Shown piece by piece: positions 33,930-46,837 of a DNA stretch of 48,139 nucleotides. Location: positions 47,387,625-47,435,763 of the forward strand of contig NC_068989.1 in NCBI RefSeq assembly GCF_001194135.2. Reading direction: 5' to 3'. The notes under the pieces are model-generated. The model had not been told where the DNA came from and searched no databases. It saw only the letters and a list, made by a program, of their open reading frames with translations. Each line of letters begins with the position of its first letter. Position 1 is the first letter of the stretch. A program made the translations under genes and the position numbers. The DNA comes from Octopus bimaculoides (taxonomy: Eukaryota).

Positions 33930-34067
33930 TATTGTTGAAGACTAACGGTTGCCTATGCATGATGAGCACCCCGCCTCTCCATGCCATTGATATTGTCTAA
34001 ATAAAAAGGCTGTACTTTTAGAGCCGATAAAGCTTAACATATGTGTCATCGCCGGCGTTGCACTCAG
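33930..34067 (-). mobile_element. Diverged fragment of SINE tail type 2
   Basis: Reverse complement TATCGGC..GCCTTTTTA..GACAATATCAATGGCATGGAGAGGCGGGGTGCT..ATGCATAGGCAACCGTTAGTCTTC parallels 32215-32300. Confidence 0.55.
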
Positions 34068-34145
34068 AAGGAGATAAAATCATAGAACAGATATCGCAAT
34101 GCATCGTTTGACGCTCTTACATCTCTGTTAATCCAACGCCTTGTG

Positions 34146-34235
34146 GGTGCTTATTTATTTATTGACTTTGAAAGAGTGGAGGGCAAAGTTGACCTGGATA
34201 GGATTTGAACTCAGAGCGCAGAGAATCAGAACAAA
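34146..34235 (-). mobile_element. SINE family A internal fragment
   Basis: TTATTGACTTTGAAAGAGTGGAGGGCAAAGTTGACCT..GATTTGAACTCAGAGCG. Confidence 0.6.
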
Positions 34236-34341
34236 CTTCCGGTTATGTTACTGTATAAATGCATTAATAACTCAGTAGTCTACCTTTGAGCGGCCCAGAA
34301 TTTTTAGCTGGAGGAGAATGCAGATCAATATGTAACCGCTT

Positions 34342-34510
34342 CGGGCGCAATGCTTAGAAGTATTTCCTCTATGTTTATGTTCTGAGTTCAAATTCCGTTG
34401 AGGTTTCGCCCTTTTGAGGTCGATAAAGTAAGTACCAGTTGAGCACTGGGGTTGACGTAATCGACCTACCCCGATCCCGAAATTGCTGGCCTTCTGCTAA
34501 AATTTGAAAG
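34342..34510 (+). mobile_element. SINE family A
   Basis: GGGCGCAATGCTTAG..GTTCTGAGTTCAAATTCCG..GGTCGATAAAGTAAGTACCAGTTGAGCACTGGGG..AATTGCTGGCCTT..AAAATTTGAAA. Confidence 0.85.
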
Positions 34511-36644
34511 TAATATGTAGTACGCTTTCCACTCGATACAATTACTACAAGGAAGCTCGAAATTTCAAATCGACCCTCTTATAATAGCTTTTCATATATT
34601 CATAATTTCATAAATTAGGAAAAATTTTAGGACTGAATGTTTCGTCGTTTACTAGAAGGAATCATCTTATATCTGGAATGACAGATATTGTGCGGGAGCT
34701 CTTCGTCGTTTACCATAGGTCTGTTTGTTCAAGAACTTAATAAGACAGAGACAGTACAGAATAACAAGGTGTACCGTTGATAGGACTTGTAGACTAGCGA
34801 TGGCTTCTCGTTTACGTTGAAGAACTATGAAAAGAAACAAATTCTATAGTATATGCAGTAGTGTGATTTCAAGCGATGTAAGAACAAAGGTTTTGGGAAA
34901 AATCTTGTTTGTAAACTTTGTTTCTTCTTTATCGTACAGCACATGTTGTAGACACGTGTTTCTATTTCAATAGCAAAAATACACATGTAAATATTCCATG
35001 TATCATGCATAGAAACTTCTGAAAGCATTATTTCTTTAAAGTATGATAATGTTTTATGCAAAAATAGTAATATGAGTCAACTGATACGTTTTATAGAATA
35101 ACAACAAAAATATTATTAATACTTTCTGCTAAATCATGCTCAGTATCATAATAATAGATGGAAGGTTTGTAAAATTTTATAAGCACTCATCATTCCTCAG
35201 AAGCAAATGTGTCTTCATTTTGTGAAACTTGATAGCAAAAAGTAAAATACGAAAAGACATCAAAACACGGGTGGATACTCTGATGATTAATGATGTCACG
35301 CCTTATACGACTTCCTGCCATTTTATGATTATTTTTCTTTCTTTCTGTATGACCCCACACTATTCATTTGAATATCAATTTCTTATTTCTATTTTTTATC
35401 AGTTCTTTTATATCACGAATGTTGAGGAATAGAGATAAAGCTAGTCACATCACGTTTTTTCATTGTCTAAGCAGTTTCAACTCTATAGTGACTGTATAAA
35501 CCAGCCACCAAATATTAGTTTTTATATGTTCTTTGAATTCCGTCTTCAGAAGATAATATATATAACTTTGCATCTAGAATCCATTATTGTAAATTACAAT
35601 TTTGCAATGTATGATATTTGACAGCCAAATAAGAATTTCAAAAAAGTAATGTTGTGCAACTGTGAAGGTAAATTGACTTAAAGAACAAATTCTAACAACA
35701 GATCGTGACAGTTTGGGTAGGAACTAGCAGAAATAGTATGATATTTTACGCAAATTATTTGCGTTCTCTCTTGTTTGAATTGAAACCCCTCTCAATTCAA
35801 CTTTGGCGTTCATATCATTTTAGTTACAACTGGAACTAATGGGACCAAACTTTTGAAACAATGAATTCTATGCACAAACCTTTTGCATATATACGCATGA
35901 ACACATATCTATGTATAAAATATAAGATGTGACAGGAATTTGAGGAGATATTTAGTAATTTAATAAAACGGCTCTAATTTAGCAAAAGATAAGTATATTT
36001 GAATAGAAATTTGTGCCTTTGCACTCGATAAACTTTCTCATAAGATTAGTCTGTGAATCCGCTTTCAGCTTCTATGACTACTTCAGTGCAGGTTTGCAAT
36101 CGTTGACATGTCTGTACTAAATGGCCTTTATTCATTTTGGACATGAATACAGAACATTTCTATGAAGGTCCTCAATTGAGCAACGAGTTGTGGTATTGTG
36201 AGGATGTCTGTCGATCTCCCTTTTACCAACATTTCAAACGTAGTAATCTATGGAAATTTAATGTGGCGAATTTGGAAGATAAACTCTTGTTGCATACTCA
36301 TAAATATTGACCGTTATCTCTTACGTGGGTTTTGTAAAGACTCTCAAGACTGTCGATACACATATAGTCTTTTACTGGGAACTGCATCCATCTAAGGCTT
36401 AACACATGTCTCCAGCACCTCAACATGTCTCTCTGCATTGGTTCTAAAACCCTTGGAAAGATGTGAGGAGCATGATATGACCTTTTTTACTCACTAACTG
36501 TAAAACTATCACAGTTGCTGGAAACGCAGTACGCATCATTTTGGAAACATCACAAGGATCTGCACATAACAACCTGCTATTACTCCTGTTAGACCTGACC
36601 ATATTCGAAATTTCTCTAAAAGCATGCCAGTGAGAGTTTTCAAC

Positions 36645-37003
36645 CACCATTACTCTTTTACTTGCTTCAGTCATTTGACTGCGGCCATGCTGGAGCACCG
36701 CCTTTAGTACTTATTCTATCGGTCTATTTTGCCGAACCGCTAAGTTACGGGGACGTAAACACACCAGCGTCGGTTGTCAAGCGATGTTGGGGGGACAAAC
36801 ACAGACACACAAACATATACACACACATACATATACATATATATACATATATACGACGGGCTTCTTTCAGTTTCCGTCTACCAAATCCACTCACAAGGCT
36901 TTGGTCGGCCCGAGGCTATAGTAGAAGACACATGCCCAAGGTGTCACGCAGTGGGACTGAACCCAGAACCATGTGGTTGGCAAGCAAACTACTTACCACA
37001 CAA
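36645..37003 (-). mobile_element. tRNA-derived SINE family C (internal CA/TA microsatellite)
   Basis: Minus strand head TGTGTGGTAAGTAG..GGTTCTGGGTTCAGTCCCACTGCG (B box), CCTTGGGCATGTGTCTTCTACTATAGCC, ends GTAAAAGAGTAA. Confidence 0.9.
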
Positions 37004-37076
37004 NNNNNNNNNNNNNNNNNNNNNNNNNNNNNNNNNNNNNNNNNNNNNNNNNNNNNNNNNNNNNNNNNNNNNNNNN

Positions 37077-37435
37077 CACCATTACTCTTTTACTTGCTTC
37101 AGTCATTTGACTGCGGCCATGCTGGAGCACCGCCTTTAGTACTTATTCTATCGGTCTATTTTGCCGAACCGCTAAGTTACGGGGACGTAAACACACCAGC
37201 GTCGGTTGTCAAGCGATGTTGGGGGGACAAACACAGACACACAAACATATACACACACATACATATACATATATATACATATATACGACGGGCTTCTTTC
37301 AGTTTCCGTCTACCAAATCCACTCACAAGGCTTTGGTCGGCCCGAGGCTATAGTAGAAGACACATGCCCAAGGTGTCACGCAGTGGGACTGAACCCAGAA
37401 CCATGTGGTTGGCAAGCAAACTACTTACCACACAA
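37077..37435 (-). mobile_element. Exact second copy of the SINE C at 36645-37003 across a 73-N gap (probable assembly duplication)
   Basis: 359 bp identical, including the flanking CACC and a shared ~40-bp internal deletion. Confidence 0.85.
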
Positions 37436-38639
37436 ACATTGTTAAGTAACCACTTGGTACGGATCAAACGGGTTTTTCCGAGTCGAGTCTTTGCCGACAT
37501 GAATTGGACCCTTCTCAATGTAAATATTGAAAATCCTAGTGCATCACAGTTCTGATATTTGCTCCGACACTTGTAGTTCTTTGGCAATGATATGGATATT
37601 CCGGGATCATCAATGATATTCCTTATTGATATTCCGGTACCATCATCGTTAATGTTTTGAATCTGTTGAATTATTTGTCGTGTCATATTAGTGGCCGAAG
37701 ATTCTGAAACCGGTTTCTCTTTGATGCGACTGAAATGCACACACACACACACATACGCACACATACGCACAAACTCACACAGAGAAAGAAACACTTAATA
37801 TGGATTTCGGAGTAAATTTATGAGTATGAGTATGAGTTCAATCAACTAAACTAACGGGTTCATAGATTTAGTGTTTAAGTAGCTGAGTATTCCACAGATA
37901 GTTGTGTTCTTAACCCTCTCAGATCTGGGACTCCGTACCTAACTTTACCCTCCATCTGGGCTCTTCAGCAAAACAAAATCATATATATATATAGTTGCAT
38001 ACACAGCTCTAGAGTAATGGTTGCTAGACCTATCTTTCAATTACCGTATTTGTTCATTGTAGACAAACTATTGGACAGAATCACAAAAAAAAAGAACAAC
38101 AAAAAAAACGAGAATAACTATAATTGGCTTTTTCTCAACTGCCGTATTTATTCACCCGAATCGTTACTTTACTCATAACTTTCACGAGTTTGATTGTCCG
38201 AATAACTCTCATTGTCTGCGAAGTGCAAACTCTTCGTTCGAAGAATCCATCAATAATTTCCTCAACTGTAAAGCGTCTGGGCTTGCTCATTTACCAGACG
38301 AAGTACTGGGTTTATCACACGTTCGTTTCATCGTCAATGTCTATTTTGTTTTCGATTAAAAACAAAAGTAAACAACAGCTTTTGAGGATGTCGTTAACAA
38401 TGAGTTATAAACACACTTGAGTACAAAGCTGTAATGTAATCAGTTGCCTATTTTTAGCTGTTTATCTTCTTTTTCTATGTGTGTTGTTCATTACTACTTT
38501 AAAGAGAATCCAAGCACAGATTACATGTAGACTTTTCACGCTATAGTGGGAACACGGTGCGATAAGGTTAGTGTACTTCTTGGACCGAAACAGCAGTACA
38601 GAGTGGCAAAAGCCTGGATCTTTGAACTAAAGCTGCTGT

Positions 38640-38785
38640 CCATTCCGCTGGCTTCCGTTTTACCCAATTTTCCTCGAAAGGTATGGAATAATACCTAACT
38701 AAATGTTATGAAATATACCCAAGGTGACACGCAGCAGAATCAAAAATAGCACTTCATTATCTTGATGGAAACTCCTTAACCATTC
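38640..38785 (-). mobile_element. Old, diverged SINE family C head fragment
   Basis: TTCCGTTTTACCCAATT..CCCAAGGTGACACGCAGCAGAATC parallels TTCCGTCTACCAAAT..CCCAAGGTGTCACGCAGTGGGACT. Confidence 0.45.
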
Positions 38786-38811
38786 TTCCCTATTGCACCA
38801 ACAGCACACAT

Positions 38812-38904
38812 CACATGAAACAATACTACACCAACCACATGAAACAAATACTACACCCACTACATGGAACAAATACTACACCCACCACATGAAACAATAT
38901 TACA
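38812..38904 (+). repeat. Minisatellite, ~3.7 copies of a 24-25-bp unit (CACATGAAACAAATACTACACCCAC)
   Basis: Direct sequence. Confidence 0.9.
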
Positions 38905-39760
38905 AATGTATTCAGATGAAATCAAGGCACACATACATTGCATCATGGTATAATTAACGTAATATTGTGAATATCCTATTAGCAGAATTTTTTATGGTTT
39001 TTCCAATATGAATATTCACAATCAATAAATCAATATATGCATAAATGCATTGGACAGTGTTTGTGTATTTGCACATTTGCGTACATTTTTCATGCCAAAT
39101 AATTCAATATGTTTGGTATTCAGATAATTTCGGGAATACAAAGAATGCGATTTCATCATACATTCATTCACCCACAAGTACACGCGCCAATATAAATATA
39201 TATGTTTGTGTTGTGGGTATTTTCATTCACTTGCGTTGATGGCGTTTCTCGAAATAGGAAAACATGTTTACAGGTGTTCTCTTTCCTACAGATACCTAGA
39301 TAACCTTTTCTTTAATGGCTTGTCAATTTTAGAGAATTCTTGATTATTTAGATTATCACTCTTTCTCATTTTGGAGTGTTTACCAATTGAGACAAAGCAA
39401 TTGGTTTGCTCTGTCTGGAATCAGAGATATTCTCAATAGCACGTGAATTTCTCTTGTATATTATTCAATATGTACACATTTGTCCTTGATGTTCAAATAT
39501 ACGCCATTGACCAGTCTAAATTATTTCGCAATAAATCTGTTATTCATTACCCAATCTGTCTTGGAAAACTTCTTGTGGATCCTAAGATTTACTGCTTACA
39601 GTAAAACTCTAAAGACGTATCATATTTCGAATATCGTGACACCAAGTTCAGCAAAGCTGGAAAGTTTGATGAAGAAATTGCAATAAAGAATATTGAATTC
39701 AGAAAACGAATTGTAAATTATTATCGTTTATCATTGTAAATTATTATCATTGTTGAAGAC

Positions 39761-40168
39761 ATTAGACTGCGACCATGCTGGGGCACCGCCTTGAAGAACT
39801 TTTAGTCAAATGAAATGACCTTGGTGTTTAATCTTTTGCAAAATCTGGCACTTATTCTATCGGTCACTTTTGTCGAAACGCTATGTTAAGGGGATGTCTG
39901 CACAATAACACCGGTTATCAAACGATACTGGAGGACAAACAGACAAAAAGACACACTCACACACACACACACACACACAAACACAAACACAAACACAAAC
40001 ATACACACATACATGGCATGTTCTCTTTCAGTTTCTGTCTACCAAATACACTCACAAGCCATTGGTCCGCTCGAGGCTGTAGTAGAAGACACTTGTCAAG
40101 GTGCTACGCAGTGGGACTGAACCTGGACCCATGTGGCTGAGAAGTAAGTTCTTACTACACTACCACGA
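39761..40168 (-). mobile_element. SINE family C, diverged, near full length
   Basis: GACTGCGACCATGCTGGGGCACCGCC..CTTATTCTATCGGTC..internal (CA)n..GTAGAAGACACTTGTCAAGGTGCTACGCAGTGGGACTGAACC. Confidence 0.85.
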
Positions 40169-41055
40169 TATAGAGAAAATTATGGAAAAATATATTTTTC
40201 AAAACATGCACCTTGTCTGTTTTGGATTATTCTTTGTGTGGTTATGCCATATAGATTTTATATTTATAGCATGTTAAACAGTTAGAATTTATCAACGAAA
40301 GTAACTTACCTATATCTCAATACATGATGTGAATGATATTTTGACCTTAACAAAAGTTGGAAGTTTAGAAGCTTTCTCGCGATATAGCAGAATGTGATTT
40401 GAAGAACCTATAATTCGTATGGAAGCTTTAAGAATTTCCTAGAATCTTCTTTATGAAGAACTAAGTTCTGGAGAACGACTTGAAGTATATACGTCCGGGT
40501 GAGGGAGGTGTGTGTCTGCTTTAGAAGTGGTTTCAAGATATATGAAAAGACTACTGTATTACATGGCTTGTCAAAGAGGCGTAAAAGCAGAACAAGTAAA
40601 ATAAGCAAAAGATAGGAGTATAATGTTTAGAATATATCAAGAACTACAATACTTGAAGTTAAGCAATGATAGTTAACTATCAAATTCAGACATGTATTAC
40701 AAACGTTCAGGTTTCAAGTAATGTTAACTCTTTACGTGTCATCTCTCGAAATGCGCATGAACAAATATTTTATCTCAATTCAGTCACAAGTCATATGAAA
40801 TATTGTGTCCTTTATAAATACCTGTGATATACATCTTCAGGAATTTAAAGCTATACTGATTAACACACGTCTCCCGACTTCCTTATTACATGATAAGATA
40901 CAACAGGCCGAGACAATGATGACCAGAAATTAAGAAAACGAACCTAAATTGAAGACGTTGATATACTTCGGACAAACCTAGACAAACGAATGCAATATTT
41001 TTTCTTCATAGATGCAAAAAAGACACACTAGGACAAAACGGATGCCACAGACACC

Positions 41056-41094
41056 TGACCATAACAAATGACCATAACAAATGACCATAACAAA
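41056..41094 (+). repeat. 13-bp tandem repeat x3 (TGACCATAACAAA)
   Basis: Direct sequence. Confidence 0.95.
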
Positions 41095-41684
41095 ACCTAT
41101 GACACTGCATAAAGTGCAAATTAGATTTAACAACTACACACGAATGTTTATCAGTGAAGATGTGGTTACATGTGCTGGGATACATCAAGCAATTTAAATA
41201 TATTTCCGTTCTAGTGATGCAGTGACGGATCATGTGAACAACAGCAGATAAATTACGACACTGCATTTAATGAAAAATATCACACATAATTAATTTTAAT
41301 TACATTTATATTTGATTAGTTAATGCTTTTTAATTCTATTTGTATTTAATTAATTTTGATTACATTGAATTTTAATTATTTAATTATTTATCGAATAAAA
41401 TTATCTGTATATTATCTACATTGTTACAGTAAATAGCAATAATTCATTACATGTCCTGTTACTCTCATCATATATTTAAGAAAATATAAAATTATAATAA
41501 GATGGCCTACCAGCGGAAATTATTAAGAAAATATGAAATTTTAATATCTGTATTTCAAACGGATCAATAATTTTACAAAATTGAAAACGGTAAACTACGT
41601 AAATATTACATTAGTGATATAAACGTTTATCATACATAAATGTATATATGTTTGTGTGTATGTGTGTGCGTTTATATATGAGAG

Positions 41685-41687
<3 letters not shown>

Positions 41688-41756
<69 letters not shown>
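41688..41756 (+). repeat. (CA)n microsatellite running into an N gap
   Basis: Direct sequence. Confidence 0.95.
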
Positions 41757-42412
41757 NNNNNNNNNNNNNNNNNNNNNNNNNNNNNNNNNNNNNNNNNNNN
41801 NNNNNNNNNNNNNNNNNNNNNNNNNNNNNNNNNNNNNNNNNNNNNNNNNNNNNNNNNNNNNNNNNNNNNNNNNNNNNNNNNNNNNNNNNNNNNNNNNNNN
41901 NNNNNNNNNNNNNNNNNNNNNNNNNNNNNNNNNNNNNNNNNNNNNNNNNNNNNNNNNNNNNNNNNNNNNNNNNNNNNNNNNNNNNNNNNNNNNNNNNNNN
42001 NNNNNNNNNNNNNNNNNNNNNNNNNNNNNNNNNNNNNNNNNNNNNNNNNNNNNNNNNNNNNNNNNNNNNNNNNNNNNNNNNNNNNNNNNNNNNNNNNNNN
42101 NNNNNNNNNNNNNNNNNNNNNNNNNNNNNNNNNNNNNNNNNNNNNNNNNNNNNNNNNNNNNNNNNNNNNNNNNNNNNNNNNATATATGTATCTATGTATA
42201 TATACCATAAATATCTGCGTACCATAAATAGGACTGTGAAACGTTCACTGACGCCAGTTGTCCTCAATGAAACCAATGTGAATTTAGATGAACGGAAATA
42301 TTTGTGTATTATTATTTTTAGCCTTTATTAATGAAGATTAATCGTAAATCTGATATATCTGCGTATATCAGTATGTGCATCTGTGTGTGCATGTTTGTGT
42401 TTCTGCAATGTA

Positions 42413-42487
<75 letters not shown>

Positions 42488-42600
42488 ATACACACACGCA
42501 CACATACATATATACATACACACAAAGGCATATATATGTGCTTGTGAGTATGTATTATATATGTATGTGCCCGTGTATGTACGGATATATATATATACAT

Positions 42601-42965
42601 TACGATCAAGAAGTTAAATCACAATGAACTTTTTGTGAGCACAATTTGTGACAGACCGTGCCTTTCTTTTGCTGGGCTCAGAGCTCATTTGCGAACCCAT
42701 GGAAAACGAACTTCCACCAACCATTCTGCCTATATGTATGTGCAGACCTTTCAATGGAATGCATTCCGGAAGGTCTGCAAATCTAATGGAGGCCTCAAAA
42801 GACATTTTAAGATCCACAAAGTTCAGAACTCAATTGCACCTCTTGGTGGTCCAAATCGGATGTGTAATCTATGTCTGGCTTAAAAAGCCACATCAGATTT
42901 CATGATGGTTCTAAGGTGTAGGTACAGAAGGTGGTCAAAAATGTGCTTAAGGAGTAGATAAACAC
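42601..42965 (+). pseudogene. Three decayed C2H2 zinc fingers, probably the 3' end of an RTE-like LINE ORF
   Basis: FVSTICDRPCLSFAGLRAHLRTH; WNAFRKVCKSNGGLKRHFKIH; CNLC-(frameshift)-LKSHIRFH. The pattern is Cx2Cx3CxSxxGLxxHxxxH, with no TGEKP linkers, substituted Cys residues, and microsatellites on both sides. Confidence 0.6.
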
Positions 42966-42986
42966 GACTCACACAAACATACACGC

Positions 42987-43029
<43 letters not shown>

Positions 43030-43423
43030 NNNNNNNNNNNNNNNNNNNNNNNNNNNNNNNNNNNNNNNNNNNNNNNNNNNNNNNNNNNNNNNNNNNNNNN
43101 NNNNNNNNNNNNNNNNNNNNNNNNNNNNNNNNNNNNNNNNNNNNNNNNNNNNNNNNNNNNNNNNNNNNNNNNNNNNNNNNNNNNNNNNNNNNNNNNNNNN
43201 NNNNNNNNNNNNNNNNNNNNNNNNNNNNNNNNNNNNNNNNNNNNNNNNNNNNNNNNNNNNNNNNNNNNNNNNNNNNNNNNNNNNNNNNNNNNNNNNNNNN
43301 NNNNNNNNNNNNNNNNNNNNNNNNNNNNNNNNNNNNNNNNNNNNNNNNNNNNNNNNNNNNNNNNNNNNNNNNNNNNNNNNNNNNNNNNNNNNNNNNNNNN
43401 NNNNNNNNNNNNNNNNNNNNNNN

Positions 43424-43677
43424 GAAGCCCGTCGTATATATGTATATGAATATATATATGTGTGTTTGTGTGTCTGTGTTTGTCCCCCCAACATCACTTG
43501 ACAACCGATGCTGGTGTGTTTACGTCCCTGTAACATAGCGGTTCGACCCAAGAAACCGATAGAATAAGTACTAGGCTTACAAAGAATAAGTCCTGGGATC
43601 TATTTGCTCGATTAAAGGCGGTGCTCCAGCATAGCCGCAGTCAAATGACTGAAACAAGTAAAAGAGTAAAAGAGTAT
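43424..43677 (+). mobile_element. SINE family C, 3' half (5' half in the N gap)
   Basis: GAAGCCCGTCGTATATATG..GTCCCCCAACATCACTTGACAACCGATGCTGG..GGCGGTGCTCCAGCAT..GAAACAAGTAAAAGAGTAAAAGAG. Confidence 0.9.
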
Positions 43678-45942
43678 AGTAATGATAAATATATCATTAT
43701 TATAAATGCCACTGCAAATATAAAAAAATGAGACTAACTAATTTAATGTCCTAATAATTTTAATGAATTATGTATTATAACATTCACGTGATACCTACTT
43801 TTGCACCGAACTGTATTCGTCTGCGTGCTTATATGCATGTGCATGTGTGTGAATGGGCGTAATTACGTATGCTATGTGCATGGTATGAATTTTAGTGTGT
43901 TTGGCTCATCCTGGATCGGGCAACGAATTGTGTCTTCTAGTAATATTTTTCATTTCAAACTCCTTCAGCAAACTTAGCTATAATGAACCGTGGAACTGGT
44001 GCAACCTACTCACCGTTAGTCAAATGTTATTCTTTTGGCTGTCGTTTAGGATTTCTGTGAGCTGTGATGCAATCTCCTACTTTGTGTGTAAGCCTAACCA
44101 TACCGTTTGTCTTACAGGATCATTAGAGGGAGGCGAGGAGCAGTAGTAAGTGATTACGATCCGAGTTATTACCTGGAGCTAAATTGCAACTTCGACTTGG
44201 TGGAGCAATTTTCATAATCTTTATGTGTGTGTGTGTGTATGTGTGTGTGTGTGTGCGTGCGTGCGTTTGTATATATATATATATATATATTTGAAAAGAT
44301 TTGTAAATGTACCACACGAGTAAGTAGATATTAAAGATAAACAAAAATACTACAGATAATAGTAATTTACTATCGCAGTAGTGTTGAACTTACCATGCCT
44401 CCAGAACGAAAGGACCACGTGCGCATGCAAGAAATAACAGTAAACTATGAATGTTATTCTTAATATTAATTTCAATTTTATTTTATTAATAGCCCTCTTC
44501 TCTTCTCACATATTTTATACTCATTTTTGATAAGGTTTTTTAAAAAAAAACGAAACATGTAAAGTAAATTAATTAAAGGGAATGAATGGAGTAGATAAAA
44601 TCATGGCTACATATGTTTCATAGATAGCAGAATCTCGGAAGTGGTCGTTACCTAATCCGAGTAAAATGAAAGTTACATCGTCGTCAAAGTATTCCATTTC
44701 AACTCGCAGAAGATTTGATAGAAAATGCATGGAAAGCACAAAGTGAGAGAACATAATGGAAACCTATTTGTGAAGAGATATTATGTGGGAATGGGTAAAT
44801 GTCTAAAATTTTTAAGGAAAAGAATAAGAATACAAATAAAGAATATTAGAGGGTGAAGAGTAGAGGAAAAATTTGGTATTATTGAAGTAGGCTAAGGAAA
44901 TGTCTTTGCGAATTTAATCTTCTGTCATTAACTGGGTCTACTGTAGAATAAACAAGTAAATATGTTGTGGCACCCGGTAAATACATTTAAACAGAGTCAA
45001 AGACAAGGAGTGGTAGTAGGTTAGAAGAAGGGGAAACTGCTCGAAGCTTCCTAACTTCCTACACCTTTTTCCTAGCATCTTACCTANNNNNNNNNNNNNN
45101 NNNNNNNNNNNNNNNNNNNNNNNNNNNNNNNNNNNNNNNNNNNNNNNNNNNNNNNNNNNNNNNNNNNNNNNNNNNNNNNNNNNNNNNNNNNNNNNNNNNN
45201 NNNNNNNNNNNNNNNNNNNNNNNNNNNNNNNNNNNNNNNNNNNNNNNNNNNNNNNNNNNNNNNNNNNNNNNNNNNNNNNNNNNNNNNNNNNNNNNNNNNN
45301 NNNNNNNNNNNNNNNNNNNNNNNNNNNNNNNNNNNNNNNNNNNNNNNNNNNNNNNNNNNNNNNNNNNNNNNNNNNNNNNNNNNNNNNNNNNNNNNNNNNN
45401 NNNNNNNNNNNNNNNNNNNNNNNNNNNNNNNNNNNNNNNNNNNNNNNNNNNNNNNNNNNNNNNNNNNNNNNNNNNNNNNNNNNNNNNNNNNNNNNNNNNN
45501 NNNNNNNNNNNNNNNNNNNNNNNNNNNNNNNNNNNNNNNNNNNNNNNNNNNNNNNNNNNNNNNNNNNNNNNNNNNNNNNNNNNNNNNNNNNNNNNNNNNN
45601 NNNNNNNNNNNNNNNNNNNNNNNNNNNNNNNNNNNNNNNNNNNNNNNNNNNNNNNNNNNNNNNNNNNNNNNNNNNTGTGTGTGTGTGTGTGTGTGTAAAC
45701 GAAAGCGCTGCTATTTGAATTTGAAGAACCTTCTGATTCATACAAAATATTTAACGATTCTTTAAAAAATTGGGATTTTGAAAGTCACCTTTTCACAAGT
45801 TTTTTCTCGTTTATTCTTCCCTGATGAACGCTGTTACTCTGGTTAACTCAGCTACTATGCCTGCTGGGTAGAAGTGACCCTTTCCTGATACAATACACCT
45901 TGATATATTATTTTACTATTATTTTACTTAATTATAAAAAAT

Positions 45943-46254
45943 GTAACGACACTTTCGGTCATGAAACTACACCTAGAAATTTCACCCACGAGGCGCAAAT
46001 CCGGGTAAAGTTGTTTATGGAAGACCAGCAGTTGCCCGTGCATTCTAGCCTCCTCTCTCCACGCTACACATGTTATCCAAAGGCCGATATAGTTTGGCAT
46101 CAGTGATGTCGCAACTCACTACAGCTGAGTGAACTAGAGGAACGTGAAATAAAGTGTCTTGATAGAGAAGAGCACAGCACGCTGTCCAATCCGGAAAGCG
46201 AACTCACACCTCATAATTGTGAACCCGACTCTCTAATCATTAAGCTATGTGCCT
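45943..46254 (-). mobile_element. tRNA-derived SINE with a CORE-like body, tail type 2
   Basis: Reverse complement aligns end to end with 32051-32390 (AGGCACATAGCTTAATG.., GAGTTCGCTTTCC, CAAGACACTTTATTTCACGTT, TATCGGCCTTTG, CTGCTGGTCTTCCATAAAC, CATGACCGAAAG). Confidence 0.8.
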
Positions 46255-46399
46255 ACTTCATTGTCAATACACTGATCATAAGGGTTTTTGTTTTTTTCCA
46301 TATGCACTTAACTTTCTGCCGACAATTGTTGTTTGCAGAAGAATATCTTTGTCAAACATTTCTTTGAAATAATTATTTTGGGGCTTTATTTTCTTATTT

Positions 46400-46526
46400 C
46401 AATTTCGACCGAGGTCAGCTTTAATATTCCTCCTTCCATGGTCGATGAAATAAAGTACCAGTCATGTTCTGAGGTTGATATCGACTTACTTCATTCCCAC
46501 AAAATACTGACCCTTAATTAGAAACC
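46400..46526 (+). mobile_element. SINE family A, 3' part
   Basis: CCGAGGTCAGCTTT..GGTCGATGAAATAAAGTACCAGT..ATCGACTTAC..AGAAACC. Confidence 0.65.
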
Positions 46527-46550
46527 ATTTCTAATACTTTTGAATTATAA

Positions 46551-46837
46551 ATCACGTGATCGACTAGCCTATCGGACGCTGTTATACATTGCTGGTCACA
46601 ATGCACTTTACGCCGTTTTAGCTTCCGAATCATTCCACCCCACTTGTTAAACGAGCAAGACAACATTACCCTGATCGGAAGGCTATTAAGTCGAAGGGTT
46701 ATACGTTTACAGCTGAGTGGACTGGAGCGAGATGAGATCAAGTGTTTGGCTCAAGAACACAACGCACTGCCCAGGCCGGGAATCGAGCAGCCGTCTAGGA
46801 TCGTGAGTACAACACCCTATCTACTAAGCCATGCGGC
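46551..46837 (-). mobile_element. tRNA-derived SINE with a CORE-like body, tail type 1
   Basis: Reverse complement GCCGCATGGCTTAGTAGATAGGGTG.., CTCGATTCCCGG, TTGTGTTCTTGAGCCAAACAC, CTCCAGTCCACTCAGCTGTAAAC, GCATTGTGACCAGCAAT; matches 31636-31930. Confidence 0.85.

Larger units (their letters stand above)
36045..37730 (-). mobile_element. Defective maT/mariner-family transposon, copy 2, split by a SINE insertion
   Basis: Minus strand 37436-37730: QIIQQIQNINDD..SIRNIIDDPGISI..FTLRRVQFMSAKTR..RLIRTKWLLN. 36045-36644: NRSNSRLLCADP..FPATVIVLQLVSKKGHIM, VLETCVKP, RHPHNT, EVVIEAESGF. All are collinear with the copy at 15986. Confidence 0.75.

Noticed and set aside
36645-37435. Apparent tandem SINE duplication and the 297-aa ORF running through it
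   Set aside because: The two 359-bp copies are identical, include the same flank and are separated only by Ns. This is most likely overlapping contig ends rather than biology; read depth would decide.
38812-38904. CRISPR-like regular repeat
   Set aside because: The units are contiguous with no unique spacers, the context is eukaryotic, and there are no cas genes.
43969-44145. Two adjacent plus-strand exon candidates (43969-44087 and 44118-44145)
   Set aside because: The implied intron is only 30 nt, the peptides are unrecognisable, and the minus-strand alternative is closed in all frames.
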